This document shows, piece after piece, positions 27,001-42,332 of a DNA stretch of 64,000 nt. The notes under the pieces are model-generated. The model made no database searches and was not told the origin of the DNA. It was given only the letters and a program-made list of their open reading frames with translations. The DNA is taken from the NCBI GenBank assembly GCA_050613775.1, contig JBODTK010000015.1:744001-808000 (forward strand), given 5' to 3'. Source of the stretch: Neocallimastix sp. 'constans' (lineage: Eukaryota). The position numbers and the translations under genes were made by a program. Positions within the stretch are counted from its first letter, which is position 1, and each line of letters starts with the position of its first letter.

Positions 27001-30000
27001 TTTAATAAAAATTTGATTTTATTCTTAAAATACCTTTTAAATTTCTATTTGTTGAATTGCTTAGAATAAAATAAAAATTTTTTTCTAATTTTTTTTTTAT
27101 TTAAGTAATTACATAATGAAAAAAAAATTAATAATTAGTATAAATAAATTTATGTATAAAATTATTATTTTTTTATTATTTTATATTATATTTCTATTTT
27201 CTTTTTTTTACTTTTAATTTTTTTTTAAATTAATTCAAAATTAAAATAATAAAAAATAGAAAGAAATAAAAAGATATTTTAATTTCTATTTGTTGAATTG
27301 CTTATAATAAAATAAAAATTTTTTTCTAATTTTTTTTTATTTAAGTAATTACATAAAAAAAAAAAAATTGTTAATTACTATATATAAATTTATGTATAAA
27401 ATTATTATTTTTTTATTATTTTTTATTATTTTTTTTTGTTATTTTATTTTCTATTTTTTACTTTTTAATTTTTTTTTAAATTAATTCAAAATTGAAATAA
27501 TAAAAAATAGAAATAAATAAAAAGAAATAAAAAAAAGTAAATAAAGAATTTTTGAAAATAATAATTTTTCGATGTTTCTTATCCTTGATAAGTTATTTTA
27601 GAAAATAATTTTGTTAAAAGTTAAAAATTTCTAAAAAATTAAAATAATATAAATATATATATATATTTTAATATTCAATTTTTTTAAAATTATTTAAATT
27701 TTTATCAAGAGTTATTTTAATTACTAATAATCCTTAAGTTTTCTTTCTATAAGGATTGCTGAATCTTCAAATTGAACACTTAACTTTACATATTATGATA
27801 TTTTTTTTTATTTTCTATTATGTAATTGAATAGAGATAATATCTACATGTCATCATACAATATTAGAAATAATTTAAAAAGATTTGTTTCGAAATAATAA
27901 TGAATTAAAACGAAGTAGTAATTAATGTTAAAAAAAAAAAATTTTTTTTTATAATATGTATAATATAAATATGTTTTTTATATATATAAAAATTATTTAT
28001 TATATAATAATAGTTTTATTAATAAAAATTAATATATATACATATGATTATCTAAATTAAATTTTGAAAATAGTAATATTTTGATTTAAAAATCATTAAA
28101 AAAAATATATAAATTTTCATATTTATATATTATATCAATAATAAAGTGATTAAGTCAATCGGTGAAAATCGTATTAATAATTTTTTGAATAACGAGTGTG
28201 TAAATATATATATGACGTGATACCAATTATATAACTTCCTTCTTGGTGGAAATGATAAAGATATTATTGATTTAGATCCTATTGGAGCACATAATACAAT
28301 TGTGCAAGAGAGTCCTCCGCAACAACATTTATTACTAATATTGATTTTAATGACCAAGTTAAATAAAGTTGGTGAGAGGGAATAACCTTGTCGAATACCT
28401 TTCATAATATTAAATGATTCTGATAATTGTCCATCAACCCTTACTCAAGCTTTAGAAAATGAGTTATAAGCTTTCGATAAAATCATTGAACTTAAGAAAA
28501 AAATAAAATTTCATAAGATGTTAATGACTAATCAAATAGAACATATTTATAAAAAACATAAATCATGTAAAGATGAAAATGAATATTTAATCAAATATTT
28601 AATTTAACATAAAGCAGATAAGAATAATAAAAATGTAATGATATTAATTTATATATTTCTTAATAGAAAGAAAAATACAATTAAATATTTATTAGATTGT
28701 GGGTTAGTTTTGATTAACTCAAAAATAATGGAATAATATTATTTTATGTATATAAAGATAGAAAAGAAACCATAGTAATTTAATTAATTGAACTTGTTAA
28801 AAATATAAATAAAAGAAAATAGAGTAAAGTATCATCATTTTTTGCTACAAATGATATAAATAATATTATACAAATTGGAATTGAAATGAATATAATTAAT
28901 ATAATAAATAAATAAATAAATAAATAGAAAAATAAACAAATAAATAAATAAATAATAAATAAATAAATAAATAAATAAATAATAAATAAGTAAATAAGTA
29001 AATAAATAGATAGGTAAATAAATTAATTAATAATAAATAAATAAATAAATAATAAGTAAATAAATAAGTAAATAAGTAAATAATTGAATAAATAATAAAT
29101 AAATAATTAATTAATTGATAAGTAAATAAATAATATGTAATAAATAAATATATATATTATATTAAATTTTTATTAAATATTTAGTTGAAAATATTTCTAG
29201 GACCTCTTAAAAGAAATTTTAATAATAACTATTTTATAATAAATATATAAATTATATAATTTTTATTTTTTTTTTTTCTATAGTGATATAATAAACTTTA
29301 TTCATTAATATTTTTTTGAAAATAGATGAAAAATAAATTAAAAAATAAAATTATATTACAAATGATTTATTATAATTATATTGATAATATATAATATTTT
29401 AAATTAAAAAAAAAAAAAATTTTTATTTTTTTTTTCTTATTAAATATGTCTTGTATATAAAAGAAAGAGAAATCTCTTTCAAAAAAAAAAAAAAAAAAAA
29501 AAATGAAAAAAGTAATAAAAATATAAAAAATCAATAATTAATAAATCTTTATTTTAAAATTAATATTGTATTAGTGTTTAACTATGAGAATGGCTGAAGA
29601 GGCTACCTTTGGTGAATACTGAACTTTCAGTTTCTATCCTGGTTTTTCTGATTTTTAAGACATCGCTTTATTAACACAATTCTTCTGGTTCGACCCTGAT
29701 GATGTCAGAATTTCTATTGGTATCCTCCTTCCTCTTATGGGTTAGATTAATTCCTACCTAGGCTCAAGAGGTTTTGTTCCTGTAGAATTTTCCTTATATT
29801 CAGTGTTTCAAAGCTTATGCAAGGAAAGAGCTTGTTTGTAAACCAAATAAAGTAAAACAGCTGAGTTTCTTCTTGGAGGATTGTATTCGTGGTTCAAGAA
29901 GGCTATTAACAAGATACTTGATCCTAATTATGTCGTTATGGGAATAGTTTAGAGGTTCTATTTCCCCTTTTCTCATATTATTTCCTAATTTTTTTTAAAG

Positions 30001-33000
30001 AAGAAAAAATATTCAATGAACTAAGAATAAAGCATGTGAGACTTTCTATATGAATGCTGAATACTACTTAAAAAATGGATAACTACTATTTTCAATGATA
30101 CTAATTAAAGATCTGCTACAGAAAGTAGTTCCTAACATCAGATATTCCAAGATGTGGTTGCTAAGAGTTCAATGTTTTCAGGTGATAAATATCAAGAATG
30201 TTCCAGTTCATTAATATGACTACTTAGAACATCCATTAGATATTGATTTCAGTCTCATTCAGGTCAAAACATCTCTACAAAAGAATGAAACTTCTGCAAG
30301 AACACTTTGAAAGTGTAAGCAATAATGTCATCCATCTAGATAATTCCTTTAATCCTTTAATCTTGAATAAAGGATGTATTTAAACGTTTTTATGATATCA
30401 AGATCTTTCAAACCTCCATGGTTGCCATACCATGTGTTTGCATTATCTGATAAATTACGCATTGCCATGTTGTCGATTTCTACCCCTTTCCATATCATCA
30501 TCGAATAATTAATCTAGGATGTATTGGGCATGATGTAGTGAATTAAATTCAACACAATGTCATTGAATATCATTGATGTGATATTGATGAAATGCTTCCA
30601 AAGCTGACTGATCATTGATGATGGCTGTTTCTTCTTTGTAGTCGTATATATGATGATAACCAATTAGTTATGATTGCCGCATCATATCACTTTGTTTAAT
30701 AAACACATATGAAACTGATATGAAAGATCTCTTTTCAGTTAGGCCAAATTGTGAAAACATGATCATTGACAATCAGCCCTTTCGGTATGCCCAATGTGAA
30801 GTGGATTATTTGAAGTAGGTGACCTGTGCCATCACCACAATATCTAAGTTAAATAAAAGCTTAAATATCAGAAAAGTGGACACTAATAATAGTTGCTGTT
30901 GTAATAATTTTTAAATAGTATTTAAATAGTATTTAAATAGTAACTTAATAAATTAAAATTTAAGAATTGGTAATTATTTTAATGATCAATGATTATTAAA
31001 ATAATTATCAATTTAAATAGGAATTAAGAAGGCACAATCAAAATAATTTCTTATTAAATATTCCTGTACTTCTATTTAATATTAAATCATTTTAATAAAA
31101 ATTTTGAATTTATTCTTAAAATCAAGTTTTTATTAAAATAATTTCTTATTAAATGTTACGGTACTTCTATTTAATATGAAATCATTTTAATACCTTTTAT
31201 ATTTCTATTTGTTGAATTGCTTAGAATAAAAAAAAATTATTTTTCTAATTTTTTTTTTTGTTTAAGTAATTATTTACAAAAAAAAAAAAAAAATTATTAA
31301 TTTCTACATATAATTTTATGTATAAAATTATTATTTTTTTATTATTTTTTTATTATTTTTTTATTATTTTTTTATTGTTATTTTATTTTTTTATTTTTTA
31401 ATTTGTAATTATTTTTTAAATTAACTCAAAATTGAAATAATAAAAAATAGAAATAAATAAAAAGAAATAAAAAAAAGTAAATAAATAATTTTTGAAAATA
31501 ATAATTTTTCGATGTTTCTTATCCTTGATAAGTTATTTTAGAAAATAATTTTGTTAAAAGTTAAAAATTTCTAAAAAATTAAAATAATATATATATATAT
31601 ATTTTAATATTAAATTTTATTGAAATTATTTAAATTTTAATCAAGAGTTATTTTAATTACTAATAACCCTTAAGTTTTCTTTCTATAAGTATAGCTTAAT
31701 TTTCAAATTGAATATTTAACTTCAAATATTATTATATTTTTTTTTTATTTTCTAGTATGTAATAGAATAAAGATAGTATCTACATGTCATCATACAAAAT
31801 TAGAAATATTTTAAAAGTTTTGTTTCGAAAGAATAATGGATTAAAATGAAATAATAATTTATGTTAAAAAAAAAAAAATTTTTTTATAATATATATAATA
31901 CAAATATGTTTTTTATATATATAAAAATTATTTATTATATAATAATTGTTTTATTAATAAAATATATATATATATATATATATGATTATCTAAATTAAAT
32001 TTCGAAAATAATAATATTTTGATTTAAAAATCATTAAAAGATATATAAATTTACATATTTACATATTATATCAATAATAAAGTGATTAAGTCAAATAGTG
32101 AAAATCGTATTAATACTAGTAATTTTTTGAATAACGAGTGTGTAAATATATATATGTCATGATACCGATTATATTACTTCCTTCTTGGCGGAAAAGACAC
32201 ATATATAATTGATTTAGATCGCACAGTAATTTGTACAAATATAATTTTTATTATTATTATAAATATTAAGTTTTATAATCCAATAATATTGAATAAAATA
32301 AGATTTTAACTAATTCATATATATCTTTTTACTAATATAATAAATTCAATTAATTCTAATTTATTATTTGTATTAGTATATCGATTTAAATTTGTTATTC
32401 TTAATTCTATAATTATATCAAATTATATAAAAAAAAATATAAAATTAAAAATTAATAATAATTATATCAATAACAATATAACAATAATAAAAATTCAAAA
32501 CTTGGCCAATTACTATATCAGAAAGTAACATTCCCTTATAAGAGATAGGAATACGAGGATTTTTAAGAAATTGTTTTATGGAATAAAGTGTTTTTCTAAC
32601 TTTATTATTCATTCTCTGTATGATCGGTTTCAATTTCTAAGTCATTTTAAAAAAATATACCTAAGTAGATATAACAATTGGTTTTAGGGAACTCTTGATT
32701 TGAATGATAAAAGATAGAGTTAACTATTATTAAGAAATCCTGAAACTTCTCCTCATACTACTAAACTTGAATATTTATTGATATTAAATTGCATTTTATT
32801 ATTTCTTGGCCACTTACTTGCTGACTTTACCAACTTCTTAAGTTGAGAACCTATTGGAGCACATAATACAATTGTCATCTGCAAGAGAGACCTCCACAAC
32901 AACATTTATTACTAATAATAATTTTATTTTAATGACCAAGTTAAATAAAGTTGGTGAGAGGGAACAATCTTTATGAATACTTTTCTTAATATTAAATGAT

Positions 33001-36000
33001 TCTAATAATTGTCCATCAACCCTTACTCAAGCCTTAGAAAATGAGTTATAACTTTTCGATAAAATTATAGCACTTAAGAAAAATATAAAATTTCATAAGA
33101 TGTTAATGACTAATCAAATAGAATATATTTATAATAAACATAAAGCATATAAAGATGAAAATGAATATTTAATCAAATATTTAATTTAACATAAAGCAGA
33201 TAAGAATAATTAAAATGTAACGACATTAATTTATATATTTCTTAATAGAAAGAAAAATACAATTAAATATTTATTAGATTGTGGGTTAGTTTTGATTAAC
33301 TCAAAAATAATGGAATAATATTATTTTATGTATATAAAGATAGAAAAGAAACCATAGTAATTTAATTAATTGAACTTTGTTAAAAATATAAATAAAAGAA
33401 AATAGAGTTGAAATATTTATAGGACCAATTATATATAAAATTTCTAATTTTTTTTAAAATTTAGTTTAAAATATTTCTAGGACCCATTTTATTATAAATT
33501 TTTAAATTTTAGTTGAAAATATTTATAGGACCAATTATATATAAAATTTCTAATTTTTTTTAAAATTTAGTTTAAAATATTTCTAGGACCCATTTTATAT
33601 AAATTTTTAAATATTTATTGAAATTTACTTTTTGGACCTATTATATATAAAATTTTAAATTTTTTTTCAAAATTTAGTTAATGATATTTCTTGGACCTTA
33701 TAAAAGAAATTTTAATATATAAATTATATATATATATATTTTTTCTATAGTAGTTATAATAAACTTTATTCATTAATATTTTTTTAAAAATAGATGAAAA
33801 TAATTTTTTATTTTTTAATTAAATATTAAATAAATATGAATAAAATTATATTGCAAATGATTTATTATAATTATATTGATAATATATAAAATTTAAAATC
33901 AAAAAAAAATAATTTTTTTTTCTTATTAAATATGTCTTGTATATAAAAGAAAAAGAAATCTCTTTCAAAAAAAAAAAAAATAAAATAAAAAAAGTAATAA
34001 AAATATAAAAAATCACTAATTAATAAATCTTTATTTTTAAATTAATATTGTATTAGTGTTTAACTATGAGAATGGTTGAAGAGGCTACCGATGGTGAATT
34101 CTGAACTTTCAGTTTCTATCCTGGTTTTTCTGATTTTTAAGACATCGCTTTATTAACACAATTCTTCTGGTTCGACCCCGATGATGTCAGAATTTCTATT
34201 AATATTCTCCTTCCTCTTATGGGTTAGAGTAATTCCTACCTAGACTCAAGGGGTTTTGTTCCTGTAAGATTTTCCTTACCTTAAGGGCTCTGAGCTTATA
34301 TAAGGAAAGGGCTTGTTTGTAAGCCAAATAAAGTAAAATAGCTTAGTTTCTTCTTGGAGGATTGTATCCGTGATTCAAGAAAGTGATTAACAATATACTT
34401 GATCCTAGTTATGCCGTTATGGGAATAATTTAGAGGTTCTTTTTCCTCTTTTCTCATATTATTTCCTAATTTTTTTTTTTAAAAATAAAAAATATTCAAT
34501 AAACTAAGAATAAAGCAAAGAAGACTTGCTATATGAATGATGAATACTATTTAAAAAATGGATACCTCCTATTTTCAAGACTAATATAAGAAGATCTACT
34601 ACAGCAAGTAGTTCCTAACATCAAATATTTCAAGATGTGGTTGCGACGAGTTCAATGTTTTCAGGTGATAAATATCAAGAATGTTCCAGTTCATTAATCT
34701 GACTACTTGGGAAATCCATTAGATAGTGATTTCAGTCTCATTCAGGTCAAAACATCTCTACAAAAGGCTGCAACTTCTGAAGGAGCACTTTGAAAGTGTA
34801 AACAATCAAGTCATCCATCTAGATAATCCATTTAATCTTGAATAAAAGATGTATTTAAATGTTTGTAGGATATCATGATCTTTCAAGCCTTCATGGTTGC
34901 CATACCATGTGTTTGCATTATCTGATAAATTACACATTGCCATGTTGTCGATTTCTGCCCCTTTCCATATCACCATCAAGTAATTGATCAAATCCAACTC
35001 AATGTCATTGAATGTCATTGATGTGATCTTGATGAAATGCTTCCAAAGCTGACTGATCATTGATGATGACTGTTTCTTCTTTGTAGTCGTATATATGATG
35101 ATAACCAATTAGTTATGATTGCCGCATCATATCATTTTGTTTAATAAACACATATGAAACTGATACGAAATATCTCTCTTCAGTTAGGCCAAATTGTGAA
35201 AACATGATCATTGACAATCAGCCCTTTCGGTATGCCCAATGTGAAGTGGATTATTTGAAGTAGGTGACCTGTGCCATCACCACAATATCTAAGTTAAATA
35301 AAAGCTTAAATATCAGAAAAGTGGACACTAATAATAGTTGCTTTTGTAATAATTTTTAAATAGTATTTAAATAGTATTTAAATAGTAACTTAATAAATTA
35401 AAATTTAAGAATTGATAATTATTTTAATGATCAATGATTATTAAAATAATTATCAATTTAAATAGGAATTAAGAAGGCACAATCAAAATAATTTCTTATT
35501 AAATATTCCTGTACTTCTATTTAATATTAAATCATTTTAATAAAAATTTTGATTTTATTCTTAAAATCAAGTTTTTATTAAAATAATTTCTTATTAAATG
35601 TTACGGTACTTCTATTTAATATGAAATCATTTTAATAAAAGTTTTATTTTATTCTTAAAATAACTTTTAAATTTCTATTTGTTGAATTGCTTAGAATAAA
35701 AAAAAATTATTTTTCTAATTTTTTTTATTTAAGTAATTATTTACAAAAAAAAAAAAAAAAATTATTAATTTCTATATATAATTTTATGTATAAAATTATT
35801 ATTTTTTTATTATTTTTTTATTATTTTTTTATTGTTATTTTATTTTTTTATTTTTTAATTTGTAATTCTTTTTTAAATTAATTCAAAATTGAAATAATAA
35901 AAAATAGAAATAAATAAAAAGAAATAAAAAAAGTATATAAATAATTTTTGAAAATAATAATTTTTCGATGTTTCTTATCCTTGATAAATTATTTTAGAAA

Positions 36001-39000
36001 ATAATTTTGTTAAAAGTTAAAAATTTCTAAAAAATTAAAATAATATATATATATATTTTTTAATATTAAATTTTATTGAAATTATTTAAATTTTAATCAA
36101 GAGTTGTTTTAATTACTAATAATCCTTAAGTTTTCTTTCTATAAGGATTGCTGAATCTTCAAATTGAATATTTAACTTTACATATTATGATATTTTTTTT
36201 TATTTTCTAGTATGTAATAGAATAGAGATAATATCTACATGTAATCATACAATATTAGAAATAAATTAAAAAGATTTGTTTCGAAAGAATAATGAATTAA
36301 AACGAAATAGTAATTAATGTTAGAAAAAAAAAATTTTTTTTATAATATATATAATATAAATATGTTATTTATATATATAAAAATTATTTATTATATAATT
36401 GCTTTATTAATACAATATATATATATATATGATTATCTAAATTAAATTTTTAAAATAATAATATTTTGATTTAAAAATCATTAAAAGATATATAAATTTA
36501 CATATTTACATATTACATCAATAATAAAGTGATTAGGTCAATTGGTTAAAATCGTATTAATAATGGTAATTTATTGAATAACGAGTGTGTAAATATATAT
36601 ATATACCAATTATATAACTTTCCTCTTGGTGGAAATGATAAAGATATTATTGATTTAGATCCTATTGGAGCACATAATAAAATTATGCAAGAGAGTCCTC
36701 CGCAACAACATTTATTACTAATATTGATTTTAATGACCAAGTTAAATAAAGTTGGTGTCGAATATCTTTCATAAAACTAAATGATCCTGAATATTGTCCA
36801 TCAACCATTACTCAAGCTTTAAAAAATGAGTTGTAAGCTTTCGATAAAATCATTGCACATAAGAAAAAAATACAATTTCATAAGATGTTAATGACTAATC
36901 AAATAGAACATATTTATAAAAATCATAAAGCATGTAAAGAAGAAAATGAACATTTAAACATATATTTAATTTAACATAAATCAGATATGAATAATTAAAA
37001 TGTAACAACATTAATTTATATATTTCTTAATAGAAAGAAAAATACAATTAAATATTTATTATATTGTGAGTTAGTTTTGATTAACTCAAAAATAATGGAA
37101 TAATATTATTTTATGTATATAAAGATGGAAAAGAAATCATAGTAATTTAATTAATTGAATTTGTTAAAAATATAAATAAAAGAAAATAGAGTAAAGCATC
37201 ATCATTTTTTGCTATAAATAATATAAATAATATTATACAAATTGGAATTGAAATGAATATAATTAATATAATAAATAAATAAATAAATAGAAAAATAAAC
37301 GAATAAATAAATATTAAATAAAAAAATAAATAAATAATAAATAATAAATAAGTAAATAAGTAAATAAATAGATAGGTAAATAAATTAATTAATAATAAAT
37401 AAATAAATTAATAATAAGTAAATGAATAAGTAAATAAGTAAATAATTGAATAAATAATAAATAAATAATTAATTAATTGATAAGTAAATAAATAATATGT
37501 AATAAATAAATATATATTATTATGTATAAAATTTTAAATTTTTATTAAATATTAATTGAAAATATTTATTAAATATAAATTTTTATATTTTTATTAGAAT
37601 TTAGTTGAAAATATTTTAGGACCTCTTAAAAGAAAATTTAATAATAACTATTTTTATAATAAATATATAAATTATATAATTTTTATTTATTTTTTTCTAT
37701 AGTACTTATAATAAACTTTATTCATTAATATTTTTTTGAAAATAGATGAAAAATAAATTAAAAAAATAAAATTATATTACAAATGATTTATTATAATTAT
37801 ATTGATAATATATAATATTTTAAATTAAAAAAAAAATTTTTTTTTTTTTTTTTCTTATTAAATATGTCTTGTATATAAAAGAAAGAGAAATCTCTTTCAA
37901 AAAAAAAAAAAAAAATGAAAAAAGTAATAAAAATATAAAAAATCACTAATTAATAAATCTTTATTTTAAAATTGATATTGTATTAGTGTTTAACTATGAG
38001 AATGGTTGAAGAGGCTACCGATGGTGAATTCTGAACTTTCAGTTTCTATCCTGGTTTTTCTGATTTTTAAGACATCGCTTTATTAACACAATTCTTCTGG
38101 TTCGACCCCGATGATGTTAGAATTTCTATTGGTATCCTCCTTCCTCTTATGGGTTAGATTAATTCCTACCTAGGCTCAAGAGGTTTTGTTCCTGTAGAAT
38201 TTTCCTTATATTCAGTGTTTCAAAGCTTATACAAGGAAAGAGCTTGTTTGTAAACCAAATAAAGTAAAACAGCTGAGTTTCTTCTTGGAGGATTGTATCC
38301 GTGGTTCAAGAAAGTGATTAACAATATACTTGTTCCTAGTTATGCTGTTATGGGAATAATTTAGAGGTTCTTTTTCCCTTTTTCTCATATTATTTCCAAT
38401 TATTTTTTTTTTAAAAAGTATTCATTAAACTAAGAATAAAGCAAAGAAGACTTGCTATATGAATGATGAATACTATTTAAAAAATGGTTATCTCCTATTT
38501 TCAATAATACTAATTAAAGATCTGCTACAGTGAGTAGTTCCTAACATCAGATATTCCAAGATGTGGTTGCTACGAGTTCAATGTTTTCAGGTGATAAATA
38601 TCAAGAATGTTCCAGTTCATTAATCTGACTACTTAGAACATCCATTAGATAGTGATTTCAATCTCATTCAGGTCAAAACATCTCTACAAAAGGCTGCAAC
38701 TTCTGAAGGAGCACTTTGAAAGTGTAAACAATCACGTCATCCATCTAGATAATTCCTGTAATCTTGAATAAAGGATGTATTTAAACGTTTGTAGGATATC
38801 ACGATTTTTCAAGCCTTCATGGTTGCCATACCATGTGTTTGTATTATCTGACAAATTACGCGTTGTCATGTCGTCGATTTCTGCCCCTTTCCATATCACC
38901 ATCAAGTAATTGATCAAATCCAACCCAATGTCATTGAATGTCATTGATGTGATATTGATGAAATGCTTCCAAAGCTGACTGATCATTGATGATGACTGTT

Positions 39001-42000
39001 TCTTCTTTGTAGTCGTATATATGATGATAACCAATTAGTTATGATTGCCGCATCATATCACTTTGTTTAATAAACACATATGAAACTGATACGAAAGATC
39101 TCTCTTCAGTCAGGCCAAATTGTGAAAACATGATCATTGACAATCATCCCTTTCGGTATGCCCAATGCAAAGTGGATTATTTGAAGCAGGTGACCTGTGC
39201 CATCACCACAATATCTAAGTTAAATAAAAGCTTAAATATCAGAAAAGTGGACACTAATAATAGTTGCTTTTGTAATAATTTTTAAATAGTATTTAAATAG
39301 TATTTAAATAGTAACTTAATAAATTAAAATTTAAGAATTGGTAATTATTTTAATGATCAATGATTATTAAAATAATTATCAATTTAAATAGGAATTAAGA
39401 AGGCACAATCAAAATAATTTCTTATTAAATATTCCTGTACTTCTATTTAATATTAAATCATTTTAATAAAAATTTTGAATTTATTCTTAAAATCAAGTTT
39501 TTATTAAAATAATTTCTTATTAAATGTTACGGTACTTCTATTTAATATGAAATCATTTTAATAAAAATTTTATTTTATTCTTAAAATAACTTTTAAATTT
39601 CTATTTGTTGAATTGCTTAGAATAAAAAAAAGTTATTTTTCTAATTTTTTTTTATTTAAGTAATTATTTACAAAAAAAAAAAAAATTATTAATTTCTACA
39701 TATAATTTTATGTATAAAATTATTATTTTTTTATTATTTTTTTATTATTTTTTTATTATTTTATTATTTTTTTATTTTTTAATTTGTAATTATTTTTTAA
39801 ATTAACTCAAAATTGAAATAATAAAAAATAGAAATAAATAAAAAGAAATAAAAAAAAGTAAATAAAGAATTTTTGAAAATAATAATTTTTCGATGTTTCT
39901 TATCCTTGATAAGTTATTTTAGAAAATAATTTTGTTAAAAGTTAAAAATTTCTAAAAAATTAAAATAATATATATATATATTTTTTAATATTAAATTTTA
40001 TTGAAATTATTTAAATTTTAATCAAGAGTTGTTTTAATTACTAATAATCCTTAAGTTTTCTTTCTATAAGGATTGCTGAATCTTCAAATTGAATATTTAA
40101 CTTTACATATTATGATATTTTTTTTTATTTTCTAGTATGTAATAGAATAGAGATAATATTTACATGTAATCATACAATATTAGAAATAAATTAAAAAGAT
40201 TTGTTTCGAAAGAATAATGAATTAAAACGAAATAGTAATTAATGTTAGAAAAAAAAAATTTTTTTTATAATATATATAATATAAATATGTTATTTATATA
40301 TGTAAAAATTATTTATTATATAATTGCTTTATTAATACAATATATATATATATGATTATCTAAATTAAATTTTGAAAATAATAATATTTTGATTTAAAAA
40401 TCATTAAAAGATATATAAATTTACATATTTACATATTACATCAATAATAAAGTGATTAGGTCAATTGGTGAAAATCGTATTAATACTAGTAATTTTTTGA
40501 ATAACGAGAGTGTAAATATATATGTTATGATACCGATTATGTTACTTCCTTCTTGGTGGAAAAGACACAGATATTATTGATTTAGATCACACAATAATTT
40601 GTACAAATATTATTTTTATTATTATTATTATTAATTTTAAGTTTTTTTATCCAATAATATTGAATAAAATATGTTTTTAAATAATTCATATATATATCTT
40701 TTTACTAATATAATAAATTCAATTAATTCTAATTTATTATTTGTATTAATATTTCTTTAATTCAATTAATAGGAAAACAATTCTGAAGCAAAATGAAAAT
40801 AATTAAATATTAAGGAAAACAATTCCAAAGCAAAATGAAAATAATCTATATTAAGTAAATTTTAAAATAAATTTGTGAGAGATTAACAGTTTCATATTAT
40901 TTTTACATTTAAAATTAAAACAAAATAATACAAAAAATGAATTTAATCAATTATAAATAATTAAATAATAAGTAAAAGATTAAATAAATCGTCAGTTAAT
41001 CAGTTGTTAGGCTGAAAGCAATAAAAAAATTATAATCAGTTAACTATGAATCAAACTATCAATAAAAATTTTTAAAATAGTAATTTAACAAAATTTAAAC
41101 TGAAAATAATGAAATAGTCAGTTAACGAAAGGTTAAACTGAAAACTGATAACAATAAAATACATAATTATAATAAATATAATTAGTTAAATCAACACCTT
41201 AACTTATTGCTTGGTTTCACAATGATAATGTAAATACACCAGTAAAGGGAGAAAATTGATTCAAGGAATAGTTACATGAAGGAATTATTAGTATTAAAGT
41301 TGATTTCTTCTATGATGAAGCTCAAGGTACCATTCAACTTCCTCAAGATATTTTGTTCATTCTAGAGAAGGTATTAGAGTACAAGAGGCTGGTGGTATTA
41401 CAGATAATCATTATATTATTCTTCCATTTACACCTAGAGCCATTGATACATCAGATGTTACTGAAGTATTTCGTTCCAAGTATTCTGGAAAAACAACAAT
41501 GAGGTTTCCAAATTGCAATTTCTACTTTATTTGAAAATCATAAGAAATGATTTGATTTTTAAATAAAAAAAACATTAACCTGGAAAATAATTCGGAATAA
41601 GTGATATGGAGGTGAGGTTCGCTACATAATTAATAAATAAATAAATAAATAAAGATTAAAGCTTATTATAATTACGGCTTTATAATAAAAAATAAATTTA
41701 AGAAATCCTTTTATGAAATAAAGTGTGCTTTTCTTAATTTTAATACATAATATTAATTAAAAAATTAAAAAAATTTATAAATAATTTTTTTTTTTTAATT
41801 TTTATTTATTTATTTATTTTTTATTAAAATATTTTAACGAATAATTTAAATTTTATAAATATATTGATATAATTTCAAATTATTCTCTTTTAAAATAATA
41901 AAAATATTATACAAATTATATTACTTTTTTTATTTTTAATTTTATGAATGATTAAATAATTATATTTAATATTTATGGACTTAATATATAATATATATCT

Positions 42001-42332
42001 ATATTTTATAATTTATAAAATTTTTTTAAATTATTAATAATATGAGTAGTTATATCTAAAATTTTAATATTTATATATATATATATATATATAACTCTAG
42101 TTTAATAATATTAATTTTGATTTCTTACTATATAAATATATATTAAAACTTTCTAATATTTATATATTAAGATTGCTTTAAGTAATTCTTTTCTTTCTTT
42201 TTGAATTTATGCTTTTTTTTATTTTGAATGTGTATTTTTATTTTTTAATTTTTTTTTTTTTTTAAAAAAAATTTTCTAGCATTTGACCTTTTTTCATTTA
42301 CTTTTTTTTTTGTATGTATGACCAGTATTTAT

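Larger units (their letters stand above)
10620..40752. repeat. Tandem array of seven ~4.0-4.8 kb composite units (macrosatellite)
   Basis: Anchor TTCTGGTTCGACCC recurs at about 12734, 16719, 20694, 25508, 29687, 34169 and 38099, with collinear, highly similar flanks. Confidence 0.97.

Noticed and set aside
10620..40752. Array as rDNA/5S/tRNA cluster, CRISPR array or Helitron tandem
   Set aside because: No recognisable rRNA or tRNA sequence and no short repeat-spacer structure. A CTAG occurs (e.g. about 15169) but has no GC-rich subterminal hairpin and does not coincide with the unit seam.
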